The notes under the pieces: generated by a model
Told to the model about the DNA's origin: nothing
Seen by the model: the letters and a program-made list of their open reading frames with translations, nothing else
The model's database searches: none
From: the human T2T-CHM13v2.0 reference genome, Homo sapiens
Length of the DNA stretch: 64,000 nucleotides
Strand: one strand, 5' to 3'
Assembly: GCF_009914755.1 (NCBI RefSeq)
Contig: NC_060925.1
Shown here: one piece after another, positions 1-12,973 of the stretch
How the letters are laid out: each line of letters starts with the position of its first letter
Numbering within the stretch: position 1 is the stretch's first letter
Translations under genes and position numbers: made by a program

Positions 1-69
1 TTGGATCTCAGATCTGTCGACATGGGCCTTGTCATGAACCTCAGCTTCCTCATCTCCAAAACTGCTATA

Positions 70-360
70 GGCCAGGCAAGGTGGCTCACGCCTGTAATCC
101 CAGCACTTTGGGAGGCCGAAGCAGTTGGATTGCTTGAACTCAGGAGTTTGAGACCAGCCTGGGCAACATGGTAAAACCCCATCTCTACCAAAAATACAAA
201 AAAAAAAAAAATAGCTGGGTGTGCCCGTGGACACAGCTAACTGGGAGGCAGAGGTGAGAGGATTGCTTAAGCTCGGGAGGTGGAGGCTGCAGTGAGACAA
301 GGTCATGCTACTCCACTCCAGCGTGGGTGACAGAGCGATACCCAATCTCGAAAAAAAAAA
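70..360 (+). mobile_element. Alu SINE, AluJ-type
   Basis: GGCCAGGC...CCTGTAATCCCAGCACTTTGGGAGG head, A-rich linker, right arm with J-type GGATTGCTT/GAGGCTGCAGTGAG, poly(A) ending at 360. Confidence 0.92.
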
Positions 361-394
361 TGGTATAGTAATAGCCTCCGCTTGAGGTTACTCT

Positions 395-790
395 TTCACT
401 GAATGATAAGTGAGCACCTACTGTGTGTCAGACGTTACTCTAAGCTGCAGACACAGCCTCAAAAAAGACAAGCTAACCCCTGCCACCATGGGGCTTATAT
501 TTTAATTGGGAAAGGGGCTGGAAAAGACAGACAATAGACAAATCAATAAATTCATTAAAAAGCTAACTTCAGGAATTGATAGGTGTTATGGGGAGAATGA
601 AAGAGGACCCTGGGATATAGAATGACTTTGTGGGGGAATCAGGTTGGGATCCCTGGATCAGGTGGTCAGGGTGGGACTCTCAGAGAAAATGACTTTTGAA
701 TTTAAATAAGAATGAAAAGAAAAAGCCAACCGTAGGCAGACCTGGGGACGGCCAGTGCAAAGGTCAGAAGTGAGACAAGGTCATAGAGTA
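395..790 (-). mobile_element. L2 LINE 3' fragment
   Basis: TGAGCACCTACTGTGTGTCAG...CCCTGCCACCATGGGGCTTATATT...GGTCAGGG matches the reverse complement of the L2 3' end; boundaries approximate. Confidence 0.7.
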
Positions 791-1044
791 ACCAGGGTTA
801 AAATAAGGTGATGCGGCCTAACTGGCCAGAACAATGCCTGACAAAGGTGCTGCTTTCCCCAATATCTTCAAATCCTTAAGGATCTACTGTGTGCTGGTGT
901 AAGATGCAGAAATCAGTAAATCATGCTACTATCTCTAAGAAACTCATGGTGTAATATAGGAGAAAAAAAGACACCATCAAAATAAATGAATCAAGACCAG
1001 GCAGATGAACATAACTGAAAACAAGTGATAGCAACCTGGGAGAT

Positions 1045-1126
1045 GACATAGACATGGATATGGAAATGGATATGGATATGGGTAGATATGGATGCAGGTA
1101 CAAATGTGGATAAAGGTGGGGATGTA
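1045..1126. repeat. Degenerate (GATATG)n simple repeat, split by an LTR and resuming at about 1628-1663
   Basis: GACATAGACATGGATATGGAAATGGATATGGATATG; the same motif continues after the LTR. Confidence 0.75.
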
Positions 1127-1626
1127 TGTTGGGAAAGGCAGTCTCTTGCATGCCGTCTTTCCACCCCTGCTTGGCCACCTAAGAATGCGCATTGGGCCTG
1201 GAAGACTTCCTTACCAAGAAATAAAGAATCCTCAGCCTGTGCTGGACTTATCACCTTTTGTGGGAATATCTTTTTCTGTTTGTACTCTTTTGCTTTGCTT
1301 AAGGGCATGCATCATATGGCACTTAGAAACTTCGCTACTGTATCTGTCCTTTGCAGGCAGGGGATGGGCCCTTCTGCTGCAGCATAAGAGGGGTCATTCA
1401 ATGGCCTGTGTCAGCTACTGGGATGGACCTGCTGTCCATGGGATACTGACACCCACTAGTGAAGCAGATCTTGCTCTGTCTCTTCTCTGTGTGAGTAAAG
1501 TTCTGTTCCATCCAGTGCTTGACTGTGTTGTGTTTTTCGTGGCAATTTCAATACCAACATGCAGTGGGCACAAGCGCTTAGACTTCTACTCCGGTTAATA
1601 GGAAACAGATACCACTTGCTTGCCAG
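1127..1626 (+). mobile_element. Solo ERVL-class LTR (LTR47-like, family tentative)
   Basis: Starts TGTTGGGAAAGGCAGTCTC, ends TTGCCA, has AGTAAA poly(A)-type signal near 1495, and interrupts the simple repeat. Confidence 0.6.
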
Positions 1627-3440
1627 TTGGATGTGGATATTGGATGTGGATAGATGTAGATATCAATTAAAAGAACAAATGAATACGTGATTGAATGAGT
1701 GAATACATATAAGGAGGGAGAGGGTTGGGTCAGGGTAGATGAGAAGGGGGATGAAGGAGGCAGAGGTGGGCAGAGGTGGTGATGTAGAAGAGGTGTTCAC
1801 CACTGGGAAAACTCCAACTGGGCTGGAGCAGAGGATCCTTGTATGGAAATCATGTCTGGAAACTAGCAGAAGACCAGTTATGGACAATTTTGGCTTTGCT
1901 TTGTGGGCCTATCATGCTATTTATACTTATATGATTAACAGACATTTCTATAACATACCAGACCTGACAAAGCTGCTACAACACACCTGAGTTCACATGA
2001 GTATGTATTGTTTCTCCAGTTTCCATTGGTAAAAGTGCAGTGCAGAAAATCGTTTTCTGCCCTTTCTCTGTGGCCACTTTGAGGTCAGAGATTGTGTCTT
2101 AAATTCAACAAGAACAGAACTGGAATAGTAGAATCTTGTTTTGTTGTGTTTTTGTGAAAAACATAAAAAGGCTCATTTTAGGCTTTAATAAAAGAAGGGG
2201 CCTGGAGGCATCACTGGTGATGGTAAAAAAAAAAAAAAAAGCCATAATTTTATGTTTTTATAAGATTTTAAAATGTTAAAATCAAATTATGAGACATAAA
2301 TCAGGATGTTCAGAAAAAATTATAAGAACCCTCATGATGTTTATCAATGAATGATCCGTTTGATTCTGTGCAGCCTCATGGCCAAAACCAAGCACAGAGT
2401 TAGTCAGATAACTGATCTCCTCTACACATATGATCTTCTTGGGGGACTCTGTTTGGCAAAGGAAGCTTTGGGGAAAGCTCATATAAACCACTGAGTATAG
2501 TCAAATGATTTAGACCTGAACACTTTTTAAAGTAGGAGTTATCTGTCCACTAATAAATATTTTAGTAAAGTGTCATGGAACATGCAGTTTTTTTTTAAGG
2601 TGGACAAATAATTTTATTTTGTGCATGCAAATACACGTCAAGTACTGCAAACTTTTTCCATCAATTTTCTCTCAAACACTGAAAATCATGATGTCCTATT
2701 TTGTGAACAGCCAAAGCTAGTATCTCTTCACTTCAGTGCCACAGCAAAAACATACAGAATTCACTCTTTGCTATTCACTATCATCATAACCCTCGTTGTT
2801 TCATCTCTGCCCTCCCCTCTTATACAGCCCTTATAAATTCTAGTCTTATCCCATTTAATCCTATTCCTATAGCACAAAGGCAAACATTACAATTTGGAAA
2901 ATCAAATTGAAATCAATGGCATAGAATTTATTCCCATATATATCCCCCATTTCATTATACAGAATTATTTTAAGTTATAGTTAAAACTATGACATAAACA
3001 TGCAGTTTTGAGCGATATAACTTGCCAATAAATCTTCCAGGTTAAATTAGTTGCCAATTATATTACTAAAGTTACCAGGAAAAAAACTTGAGCTATTGTA
3101 AGGGTTATGGGCTATGAGACAGTTATGTTTTTGTAGTTGCCAGCTCAAAATAAAGTTTCAGAAGTATTGATATTAAGCCACCCTTGCTGCCAATAATTTG
3201 ATAGACAATCACTTATCCATTTAAGTAATAAGTTTAGTCAGAGGGAAGATTCTTTTTTATCATCTCTGTGGGAATGTGGGATGGCACACCTTTGTGACTT
3301 ATTATACAACCACGATAGGTAGGAACCAGTGCTGGCCTTTGTAGTCTCAGGGTCTATATGAAGAGAGCCTCAAAAAATGATGCTTGTTGGTGATGCCAAC
3401 AGAAGGTTGCAGCTCTTCAAAAAAAAAAAAAAAAAGAATA

Positions 3441-3736
3441 GGTCTGGGCATGGTGGCTCATGCCTGTTATCCCAACACTTTGGGAGGTTGAGGAGGGAGG
3501 ATTGCTTGAGCCCAAAGTTCAAGACCAGCCTGGGAAACATAGCAAGACTTTGTCTCCCCCCCCCAAAAAAAAAAAAATAGCCTGGCATGGTGGTGTATGC
3601 TTGTGGTCCCAGCTACTCGGAAGGCTGAGGTGTGAGGATCTCTTGAGCCTTGGAGGTCAAGGCTGCAGTGAGGCATGATTGCATCACTACACTCCAGCCT
3701 GGGTAACAAGGCAAGACCCCCCTCCAAAGAAAAAAT
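3441..3736 (+). mobile_element. Alu SINE, AluJ-type
   Basis: Dimeric Alu with GGAGGATTGCTTGAGCCC and GAGGTCAAGGCTGCAGTGAG, heavily diverged. Confidence 0.9.
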
Positions 3737-5129
3737 AATCAGGAAGTGAGTTTATTTTGCTTTCCCCTTGTGTAGTCAAATTGATTTGTGTTTGAGGCAT
3801 GTGAAAGCTAAATGCCTGGCCCTGTATAGGTCATGAGTCATCCCTATATCCTACAGTTTAACAAAAGACAGCCCTGCCTGTTCCCTTCCCCTCCCCACGC
3901 CCACCACTGAAATCATTGTAGAGGTAGTGGTCTTCTAGTATGTGACCCTTGGGCTACAATATCAACAGGTTCTAGGCCATATTTCCTTCACATCCACGTA
4001 ATGAGCCCCGAAACCCAAGTGTCCTATTTTCCTTGAGGACATCTAGACCCAAAGCATCCCCATTTTGGAAGCCCAGGGACTGTGGAGTGGGAAAATATGC
4101 CTCCATTCCTCTCCTTCACATGTGTTTTTAGGTTAAAAAAGGCAGGTGCAAATCACAACTGAATATGAAGCCTCAAAAGAGGCCAAAGCAAATCAACTTA
4201 ACAAAAATAACTTCTTATCACCAAACCTGGAGAAAAACTTCAGCTGTGGCACCTCCAAGCAATGACCACGTCCCTGGCTGACTTAAAAGCCCCTTCAGGA
4301 CCTCATGTTGATTGAATCCCCATGATCTAGCCTCAAGTGAGGGCTGAGTGGGCTGTTCTTGAGCCAAGTGTCTGTGGTTGTGGATAAATATATTAATATC
4401 CTAGCAACTTGCAAAAGCCAAAGTACTTTAGACAGAATTTGTCGTGCATTCTCTTAACAGGAGAGCAGGTTTGAGATGGAGATCTGAGGATATTCTGAGC
4501 CAAGCAAAGAGATTCTTAGTAAATACACAAATTCATTTCCTTCTGGTAATGCTTGGCTGCCCCTTGCAAATTGGAGTCATTTTCTCGTGCGGCCTTCTAG
4601 TGTTCTTCTGAAATTTGAGGTTTGCTCTGTTTTCAAAATGTAGAAACCCATCTCAGTCATCCACCAAGCTTTCACTGAGCAACCAGATGCAGGCATTGTG
4701 CAGGGTTATGAAAGTGGAGATGTTTAAGACACGGTTTCCACCTTCAAGAAGTACACTGTCTAATCAGGAAGACTCACTGCAACATCCAGACTCAACTTGC
4801 TACACCCCACCCTGGTGTCCTCCCACTTGCCCTTTCTTCTACCTGGATGGAATGCCCTTGGCTCTCTTCCTCTTCTCTTGGAGGCTTCTCTCCACCCCCA
4901 CCCGCAGCTGAGTTGCCCACACCTCTGGGATGCTCTGTACTTTGGTCACACATACGTTTCACATTTTCACCGAGCATGAGATTATCTGATATCCCATTTA
5001 TCACTTCTTCCAGACACATTCCTTCAGCCTGTAATGGTTCCTGGCACGAGACAGGCACACGATCATTATTGGTGGAATGAATGAGTGAATGAATTCACAA
5101 GAAACATATGGCACTCAGAAACCTCAGGA

Positions 5130-5320
5130 CCTCAGCTTAAATTCTAGCTCCAATGCTCATGTGTTGAGTGAAACTGACTGAGTTATTTAAGCCTCCTATG
5201 ACTCACTTTTTCTATTTGCAAAATGGGAATAAGGGTTGTTGTGATGATGAGCAAATTCTTGTTTAGTGCTTATCAAAATGACTGCCAACTGGTAAGCGCT
5301 TCATGAAGAGTAGCCATTAA
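5130..5320 (+). mobile_element. MIR SINE
   Basis: Core-like TTTTCTATTTGCAAAATGGGAATAAGGGTTGTTGTGA...GGTAAGCGCTTCA. Confidence 0.65.
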
Positions 5321-5989
5321 AACAGTTATCACTAACAGACATCTACTGAATCCCGACTGTGTGCCAGATAATGTGCTAGACACTGAGGCTACAAAATGAA
5401 TAAAGTAAGATGTGTGCTTTCAATGAACTCCCAGCCTGGCTGGGAAGATAGATGTTAACAGAAATTAAAAGGCTATCTTACTAAGTAAGTGGGATATTGG
5501 GAACATGAGGTGGGGCACCTAACCCAGGCTGGACCAGATCAATGAATTCACAAGAGAAATGGTACTGGGGATCATGAGAGCTAAATGGAAAAGTCAGAGT
5601 CAGAATCTTTAAGGCCTTCCCCAAACCCTGCTCTAAATATTCCAACATGCCTAAGTGTTTTCTTTCCTTATAAATCCCTTCCTCCAGCCATATTGCTGAT
5701 TATTCTTATTCTGTGAATTACATAAGTGTATTGTTTTACAATTTACAAAAAATTTCCACACACCGTGAGTCACTGGATTCTCCCAACTTCCCTATAGGAC
5801 AGATAAAGCAGATAATTTAATATTTAATTCATGGGTGAAGAAGCTGAGGCTCTGAGAAGTCGCACTGCTTCTAAATGATCCTAGCTAGACATAACCCCAG
5901 GGGCTGACACTAATTCTGATGCCCTTTCAGCTCCCACAGCCTGGACACTCATAACAAGCCAGGAGCCCACCACCTCTGCTCCTTTGCCA

Positions 5990-6336
5990 CACAGTGCCCC
6001 CTACCTGGAATGCCATCCCTCATCCCTCGTGTTTGTCTAAATTCTCTTTCTCTTCTTTGAAGTCTCTGTTCAAACCTTAACTGCCTCCCCCTGCCATCTA
6101 GTCTCTCCCCTGTCCAGACAGCCTATAGGGGTCTCTTGAACTCCTAGAAGGCCCTCTCTCTAGGCTGAAATAGGACTCTGACATCCTATGGCGGCCTGTT
6201 TATGGTTCTTTTTCATGTGCCCATGTCTGCCTCCCCAACCTGGCTGTGAGCCCCTGGAGGAAGAAACTGTGTCTTACTAATCTCTGTGGTTCGGATATAG
6301 TAGATGCTTAGTAAGTGCCTGTTGATTAAATGAATG
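5990..6336 (+). mobile_element. L2 LINE 3' end
   Basis: CCTGGAATGCC...CTGTGAGCCCCTGGAGG...TAGTAGATGCTTAGTAAGTG...AATGAATG. Confidence 0.7.
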
Positions 6337-6532
6337 GTATAAAGGTTGTTGGTCAATCTTCTGTTTAGGCTGACAGAAACATACTTGTGAGAGAAGCAGA
6401 CTAGCTTTTACTAGGCAGTTAGGCCCTGAGTGCAGAGATGAAAGACATAGTCTCTGCATCAGGAAGCACCAAGTCTAATCAAGAGACAGCAAGTACATAG
6501 ATAATAACTATACATATTGGAAAGTTTCAAAT

Positions 6533-6847
6533 AGAGTACAAAGTACAAGGTGCAATTGGAGAACAAAGGCCATGGGGGAGGAGGGAGTAGAAGGAGGAGA
6601 TGAAAGCAACAAGAGGAAAGAGGGAAAGGTGAGGTCTGAAGAAAGTCTTATAGCGTGAGTAGAAATTGACCGGGGGTACAAAGGGTGGCAGAGTACAAAG
6701 TACAAGGTGCAATTGGAGAACAAAGGCCATGAGGGAGGAGGGAGTAGAAGGAGGGGATGAAAGCAACAAGAGGAAAGAGGGAAAGGTGAGGTCTGAAGAA
6801 AGTCTTAGAGCGTGAGTAGAAATTGACCAAGAGTACAAAGGCTGGCA
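6533..6847. repeat. Direct tandem duplication, 157-bp unit x2
   Basis: 6533-6689 and 6690-6846 both begin AGAGTACAAAGTACAAGGTGCAATTGG; 7 substitutions by manual count. Confidence 0.97.
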
Positions 6848-7002
6848 TGATGGGATATAGAAAGGGGCTCCATGGTCTAGAAGAGTAACAACAACAAGAA
6901 GAATAAAATAGCCCAGAGGCATGAGAGGAACTGAAATCAATATAAAACTTTCTTGAGGGATTATTTAAATACCATCCTGAAGTCCAGATAGATTCTACCT
7001 CC

Positions 7003-7050
7003 TGGATGGTTGGATGGATGGATGGATGGATGGATGGATGAATGAATGGG
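7003..7050. repeat. (TGGA)n microsatellite
   Basis: TGGATGGTTGGATGGATGGATGGATGG... Confidence 0.95.
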
Positions 7051-8804
7051 TATTATGAACATTCATGTAACAAGAGTAAAGAGGGTATAAAGAGGACGCA
7101 TAGGTAAAAGATGAGCTCTTGATTCCGAATATTAGAATTGTTGTTATTAATAGCTATGCTTTTGTGTTAACAAAAGCAATATAAGTTTATTATTAAATAA
7201 CCAGGAAATAAAGGTAAGTGATTTTTAAAGTTGCTCTTAATCCCGCCATCCAGATATAACCACTATTAACATATTTATGTTGGCCTTTCCACGCTTTCTT
7301 TGGTGTCTTTCTATCTTAATCATCTGTCTGTCCATCTAACTATACATTTGTTTACATATCGATGATCTTTTTATTCATCCACCCATTCATTTATCCATCT
7401 ATACTTTTCCAAAACAAACATAGGCTCATTTGGTGCTTTACATTTTGTAACCAATTTTTCTAACCAATTTATTATAAGAATCCAGTTATTTCTACCTATT
7501 TTTAAGTCAAATGTTAATAGCCACATAATATTCCATCCTATGAAAGTACTACACTTGGTTTAATCAATCCTTTCCCCCTTGTGCAGTTATCAAACATGTT
7601 TTAATGAAGATTGGTGCTCTTCTTTTGGGCCAAAGTAACAGCAAAGGGGTTACCTTTCTCTAAAGTTTATGAGGCTCTGAGTTGATTGACCAAAACTTGA
7701 ACTTGATATAGGGTCATATTAATCCTCTGACATAAATCAGCTGCCTCCTGAAGTGACGTCTCTATCTCCACTGTACCTTTCCCTGGAAATGCCAGACAGG
7801 GCAGAAGGGCCTCCCCGACAGTGCAGGTAAATTAGTGCAACCATCAGCAATCACAGGTTATCTTCTGCTGATGGAATCTGACAGCACCAGCTTTCCCACA
7901 TCTTCACAGAGCTGGTGATGCAGAGCTGTCAACTAACACAGCTGCACGGAAATGCCAACGGTGGATTTATGGTGTGAGGCAGTAACTTTGTGACCCCCAG
8001 GTGGAAAAACAGATGGCTTTGAAATAAGATCAGTCAATGTGGCAAAATGGGAGAGGGAGGCACTTACCTTATAGTAAAAGAGAATCCATCCTACCACTTC
8101 CTTGAAACTTCAGATCTTCAATGGCTCCGTATTACTTACAGGAAAAGTCCTAAGCTTTTCAGTCCAGCAAAGAAGTAATGAATGTAGTGGAACAAGGACT
8201 GGCTGGAAAGCCAGAAGCTATAGATTCTAGCTGCTGTTTTGCTACCCACCAGTAGTGTGACCTGGGCAAGTCACCAGTTCTTGAGTTTATTTTCCTCAAT
8301 CTCTAAAATGATCATACATAGATAATGTCAGAGTGTTTTGACAAATGAGTCAGTAAAAAGTCATGCATCATTCAAAAATCATTTACTGAGGGATTTAATG
8401 TGCTGAGGGTGGAGTTGAGCAAGATAGACCAGCCCCTGACTAGGGAACTTGCACTCTAGGAAGTAGGAGTCAGAACATAAAATAATCAGCAGACTATGGA
8501 ACAGTGATCAAGTGCCGTGTTGAATACAAAGTGTTGGGGATGGTAGAGACCAACGTAGTGCCCGGGTTGGGTTGGGTGGTCAACAGATGATGACCTAGCA
8601 GCTATGGTTGGAATGAGAAGCTAAACAAGCCACACAGAATCTGGGGAGAAAGAATTCAGGCTGAGGGATAGCATAAGGCCCCACAGGCAAAGGTGAGCTT
8701 GGTGTTCAACTAACTAAATGCATATTTACTAAGTGTCCTTCTGCTAGATTCCAGGGATTCAAGGACAAGAATACCAGAGTCTCTGCCCTCACTAAGCTTA
8801 GGGT

Positions 8805-9084
8805 GGCCAGGCGCAGTGGCTCATGCCTGTAATCCCAACACTTTGGGAGTCTGAGGCGGGAGGATCACTAGGTCAGGAGATCGAGACCATCCTGGCTAAC
8901 AGGGTGAAACCCCGTCTCTACTAAAAATACAAAAAATTATCCGGGTGTGGTGGCGGGTGGCTGTAGTCCCAGCTACTCAGGAGGCTGAGGCAGGAGAATG
9001 GCATGAACCAAGGAGGCGGAGCTTGCAGTGAGCGGAGATGGAGCCACTGCACTCCAGCCTGGATAACAGAGCGAGACTCCGTCT

Positions 9085-9116
<32 letters not shown>
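8805..9116 (+). mobile_element. AluY with target-site duplication (TSD), inserted in an L2 relic
   Basis: Y-type GAGATCGAGACCATCCTGGCTAAC, GAGAATGGC and GAGCTTGCAG; pure poly(A) tail; TSD AAGCTTAGGGT at 8794-8804 and 9115-9125. Confidence 0.95.
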
Positions 9117-9119
<3 letters not shown>

Positions 9120-9529
9120 TAGGGTGAAGGAAGCAGATGATTAAACAGATAGACCTTTTGCAGTATGATGAGCACTGTGATGATGAAGCAGAAATTTGGA
9201 ATGCTTCTGGGAAAATGTGACAGGAGCTTCTACCTTAGCCCAGGAAGCTCAGGGAAGCCTTCCCTGAAGAGGTGCCCTGGAAGCTGAGATCAGATCAAGC
9301 AACATCAATTTTTTTTCAAAGCCATCATGGGACTTGAGTTCTAACCTACTGATGGTCTACCTGCCCATGCACATTCTTTGGCCACACCTGGGATTCTGCT
9401 GAACCCTAAGTGACTTTGCAGAAATTCTTTACTCATTTGGAGGAAGCCCAGGGCATTGCAAGGAAAATAGATAAGGTTCATTAAAGCATTCAAAAAAATA
9501 TGTTGTCATATTTATTATCACTTACTGGT

Positions 9530-10079
9530 GTAGTTCTCAAACTTGAGTGCACATCGCAGTCCCTGGAAGTCTTGTTGAAACACAGATTGATGGGCCTCAT
9601 CCCCTGAGTTTCTGATTCAGGAAGTGTGTTAGTCCATTCCTATGCTGCTATGAAGAAATACCCAAGACGGGGTTATTCATAAAGAAAAGAGATTTAATTG
9701 ACTCATAGTTCTGCATGGCTAGGGAGACCTCAGGAAACTTACAATCATGGCGGAAGGCAACTCTTCACAGGGTGGCAGTAGAGAAAATGAGTGCAAGCAG
9801 GGGAAATGCCAGACACTTATAAAACCATTAGATATTGTGAGATGCACTCACTATCACGAGAACAGCATGGAGAAAACCACCCCCGTGATTCAATTACTCT
9901 ACCTGGTCCTGCCCTTGACACGTTGGGATTATGGAGATTACAATTCAAGGTGAGACTTGGGTGGGGACACAGAGCCAAACCATATCAGGAGGTCTGGGTA
10001 GGGCCTGAGAATTTGGTCAAGCAAGTTCTCAGGTGGTGTAGATGCTACGAGTTGGGAAACCACACTTTGAGAACCACTG
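9530..10079. mobile_element. MER5A-type hAT-Charlie MITE split by a THE1 LTR
   Basis: GTAGTTCTCAAACTT...TTCTGATTCAG before the LTR; GGTCTGGG...CACACTTTGAGAACCACTG after it. Confidence 0.8.
9625..9987 (-). mobile_element. Solo THE1 (THE1D-like) MaLR LTR
   Basis: Reverse complement starts TGATATGGTTTGGCTCTGTGTCCCCACCC; 5-bp TSD GGAAG/GGAGG. Confidence 0.9.
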
Positions 10080-10353
10080 ACTTTGAGTGCTTGGCATTTG
10101 GGACATAGAGGTGGTTTTCTAATTCCCCTTAAAGCTGGTGGAGGGGAACAGAGAGAACAGAGCTAGGGACTGGAGCTCCCAGGCCCGTCCACTTGAGGCC
10201 CTCTCCAGCCTGGTTTCTCCTTCAGAGATTTTATAGCCAGCAGACCCCAAAGTACAACATCTAGCCTTGCTTTGGCATTTGTGTTCTAATGTGTAAATAA
10301 ACTTGAAACTTTTCCTAATCTTCTGAGGAAAAAGTAGAGGGGTGTTTGCCAAG

Positions 10354-10661
10354 TACTGTGGTCTGAATGTTTATGTCCCCCAAAATTCATATTCTGAAAT
10401 CCTGACCCCCATGGTAATGCTATTAGAAGGTGGAGCCCTCACAACTGGGATTAGTGCCTTATAAAAGAGGGCCCAGAGAGCTAGCTAGCCCCTTGTACCA
10501 TGTGAGGACACAGCTAGAAGGCTCTACGTATGAAAAAGAAAATAGGCTTTTGCCAGACATCAAATCTGCTGGCACCTTGATCCTAGACTTCCCAGCATCC
10601 AGAACCATGAGAAATAAATTTAGTCTATGGTGTTTGTTACAGCAGCCCAGATGGACTAAGA
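10354..10661 (+). mobile_element. MLT1A-type MaLR LTR
   Basis: TGGTCTGAATGTTTATGTCCCCCAAAATTCATA...GGACTAAGAC. Confidence 0.85.
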
Positions 10662-11239
10662 CTCCAAGCCAAATAAACAAGCTCCAAATGCACATTCTCA
10701 TCTTGTCCTCTTGGGTAGTTTTCTCTCAGTTATTTTTTTCTCAGTCAGGGAATTGCCAAAGTCCATACTGATCCCCTACTGGGTCACACTCCTCAAATAC
10801 CACTCTGGTCCAATGTGGCCTCTGGACTCTGATGACATCAGGATAAACCCACACAGGTATCTTGTAGTGAACAAAACCCCAGCCTTGCAATCGCATAATT
10901 CTCACTCTGAATTCCAGGACAACCGCTTAGCAAGGATCCTTTGTGGGAGCTACTTGAAAGCTCTTTGAGCCTTAGAATAGTGCAGGGAGGGGCAGCAATA
11001 GCTCCACAGGGTTGTTGGGATAATTACAGAAGACTATGAATGTCATACCTTTGGGTATAGTAGGTGCTCAGTAGGTTAGGGATGCTTACAACAGTCTGTC
11101 ATTTAAAGTGGTCCTCGACATAGAATTGCTAGCTCCAGGCCCACCACCTTCTCCCATATTTCCCCAGGCCTCAAGGGTCCGCAATGGGTGATGGTGGGGT
11201 TATCCTGCCATGCCTACTATGCTTTCTTCCAGGACACAA

Positions 11240-12125
11240 TTGCAGGCCCTTGACATCTTTTGCCTGGATTATTGCAACAGCCTCCAAAAGGACTCGTCTG
11301 TCTCCATGATACCCCTCCATCCTCCTCTGCATCATCACCAAGGGAATCTTTGTAAAGCAAAGGCATGATCATGCTTATCACCTGGTGGAAACCCTTCAGA
11401 GACTCTCCACTCCCCAGAGCAGGCACCACATCGTTAGAGTCTACAGAAGGCAGGAGGAAACAGAAATGAGTGCCGGGTCCATAGGTAGGCAATGGGGAGC
11501 AGTGGGGATTGCGGTGAAATGGAGATTGGCTGTCTAAAGGCATCCAAACTCAGAATTCTGTAAAACCTTCTATGGGCCAAATAAAGTTTGTCCTGAGATT
11601 CCATGCCTGGCCTTGAGTACCAGTGTGTGAGAGCTGGCCTGGCAAATGAGGTATAAGCTCCTTAGCCGGGCTAACCAGGTTCAGCCTCCTTCTTGCTGTG
11701 CCCCGCCTCACTTACAATTCATATAGCGACCAAACTGTCTGCAGTACCTCCACACCTGCCATGCTGGTCCTCAGCCATGTCCTTTGATCAAGTCTGGAAA
11801 GCCCTTCCCTTGCTCTTCACTTGGTGAATGAAGAAGTCCTGCTCATCCCTTTAAAACTCAGTTCAGGCAACACCTCCTCCAGGAAGCATTGTTTCGCACT
11901 TATTCTCAGGTTTTCCATATGGATATGTATCTTTTCCTAGTGTCCCAACAATATCTGTTGCCTTTCTTCATCATTATAATTATTAAGTGGCAATGGCAAT
12001 ATAATTATCTCTTTTGTTGCCTCTGTCTCCTCTGCTAAGGTGTAAGCACCTAATATCAGGGACCAAGTGTTAATGGCCTTTGTGTCTAGCAATAATGAGG
12101 TGTTCAATAATTGTTAAACGAATGA
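11240..12125 (+). mobile_element. L2 LINE fragments (interrupted)
   Basis: CCTGGATTATTGCAACAGCCTCC...CACCTCCTCCAGGAAGC...AATGAATG end. Confidence 0.65.
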
Positions 12126-12546
12126 ATGGAGAGGCAGGTCCCCCTGCCACCGCGCCTCCACTCTCCCATGAGGTAGGAAGCAATCTGAACAGTGAGTGGC
12201 ACAGCAGCCACTTGGGAGAGGCATAAGACTGGTCACCTCTCTCTCCCTTTCCACCACAGGAATGTGTTGAGGACAGTACAAGCAACAAGAATTGGGGAAC
12301 AAGAACGCCTTTGACTTCATCTCTCAGCTGTTACAAACTCTCCCCTATTGACGGTTCAAATTTCCAAGAGAGACTCTGATCATCCAGTGAAATCACCCAG
12401 GCTCCAGTGGGGCAGTGGACCACACAAGCTCTCCCCAGCTGCCTGCCAGACTTCCATTGGCTGCTTGTAGGCAGAGGCCCTTCTTTGCTCCAATGAGGAC
12501 AGGTGCATCTGCCAGAAAACATGGCACCTTCTATGGATAGAAACTC

Positions 12547-12917
12547 TATCTTAGTCGGTTTGGGCTGCTATGACAAAATATCATAAACTGAGAGGCTTAT
12601 AAACAACAAATATTTATTTCTCTCAGTTTTGGAAGCCGGGAAACCTAAAATCAAGGTGCTGGCAGATTCAGTGTCTGGTGAGAGCCCTTTCCTCATAGAT
12701 GGCACCTTCTATACATCCTCACATGGCAGAAGAGGCAAAGATAGTCCCTTGGTCCTTTTTTTTTAATATAAAGATACTAATCTCATTTATGAAGACTCTG
12801 TCCTTGTGACCTAATCACTTCTAAAAGGCCCCATCTGCTAATACCATCACATTGGGGATTAGGAGTTCAACATATGAATTTTAACCAGGGGAGGACACAA
12901 ACATTTATATCATAATA
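12547..12917 (-). mobile_element. MLT1A-type MaLR LTR
   Basis: TCTTAGTCGGTTTGGGCTGCTATGACAAAATA...GGACACAAACATT. Confidence 0.85.
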
Positions 12918-12973
12918 ATCTCTAGGAAGGTCTTTGACTGGCAAGTGTTACGCAGCCTGGGTGGTGTAGGACT

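Noticed and set aside
6527-6940. ORF with an internal peptide repeat
   Set aside because: By-product of the 157-bp DNA duplication.
8805-9116. AluY with a pure ~30-nt A tail as a recent polymorphic insertion
   Set aside because: The body shows multiple CpG-decay and other substitutions, and I see no clear Ya5/Yb8 diagnostics; probably fixed.
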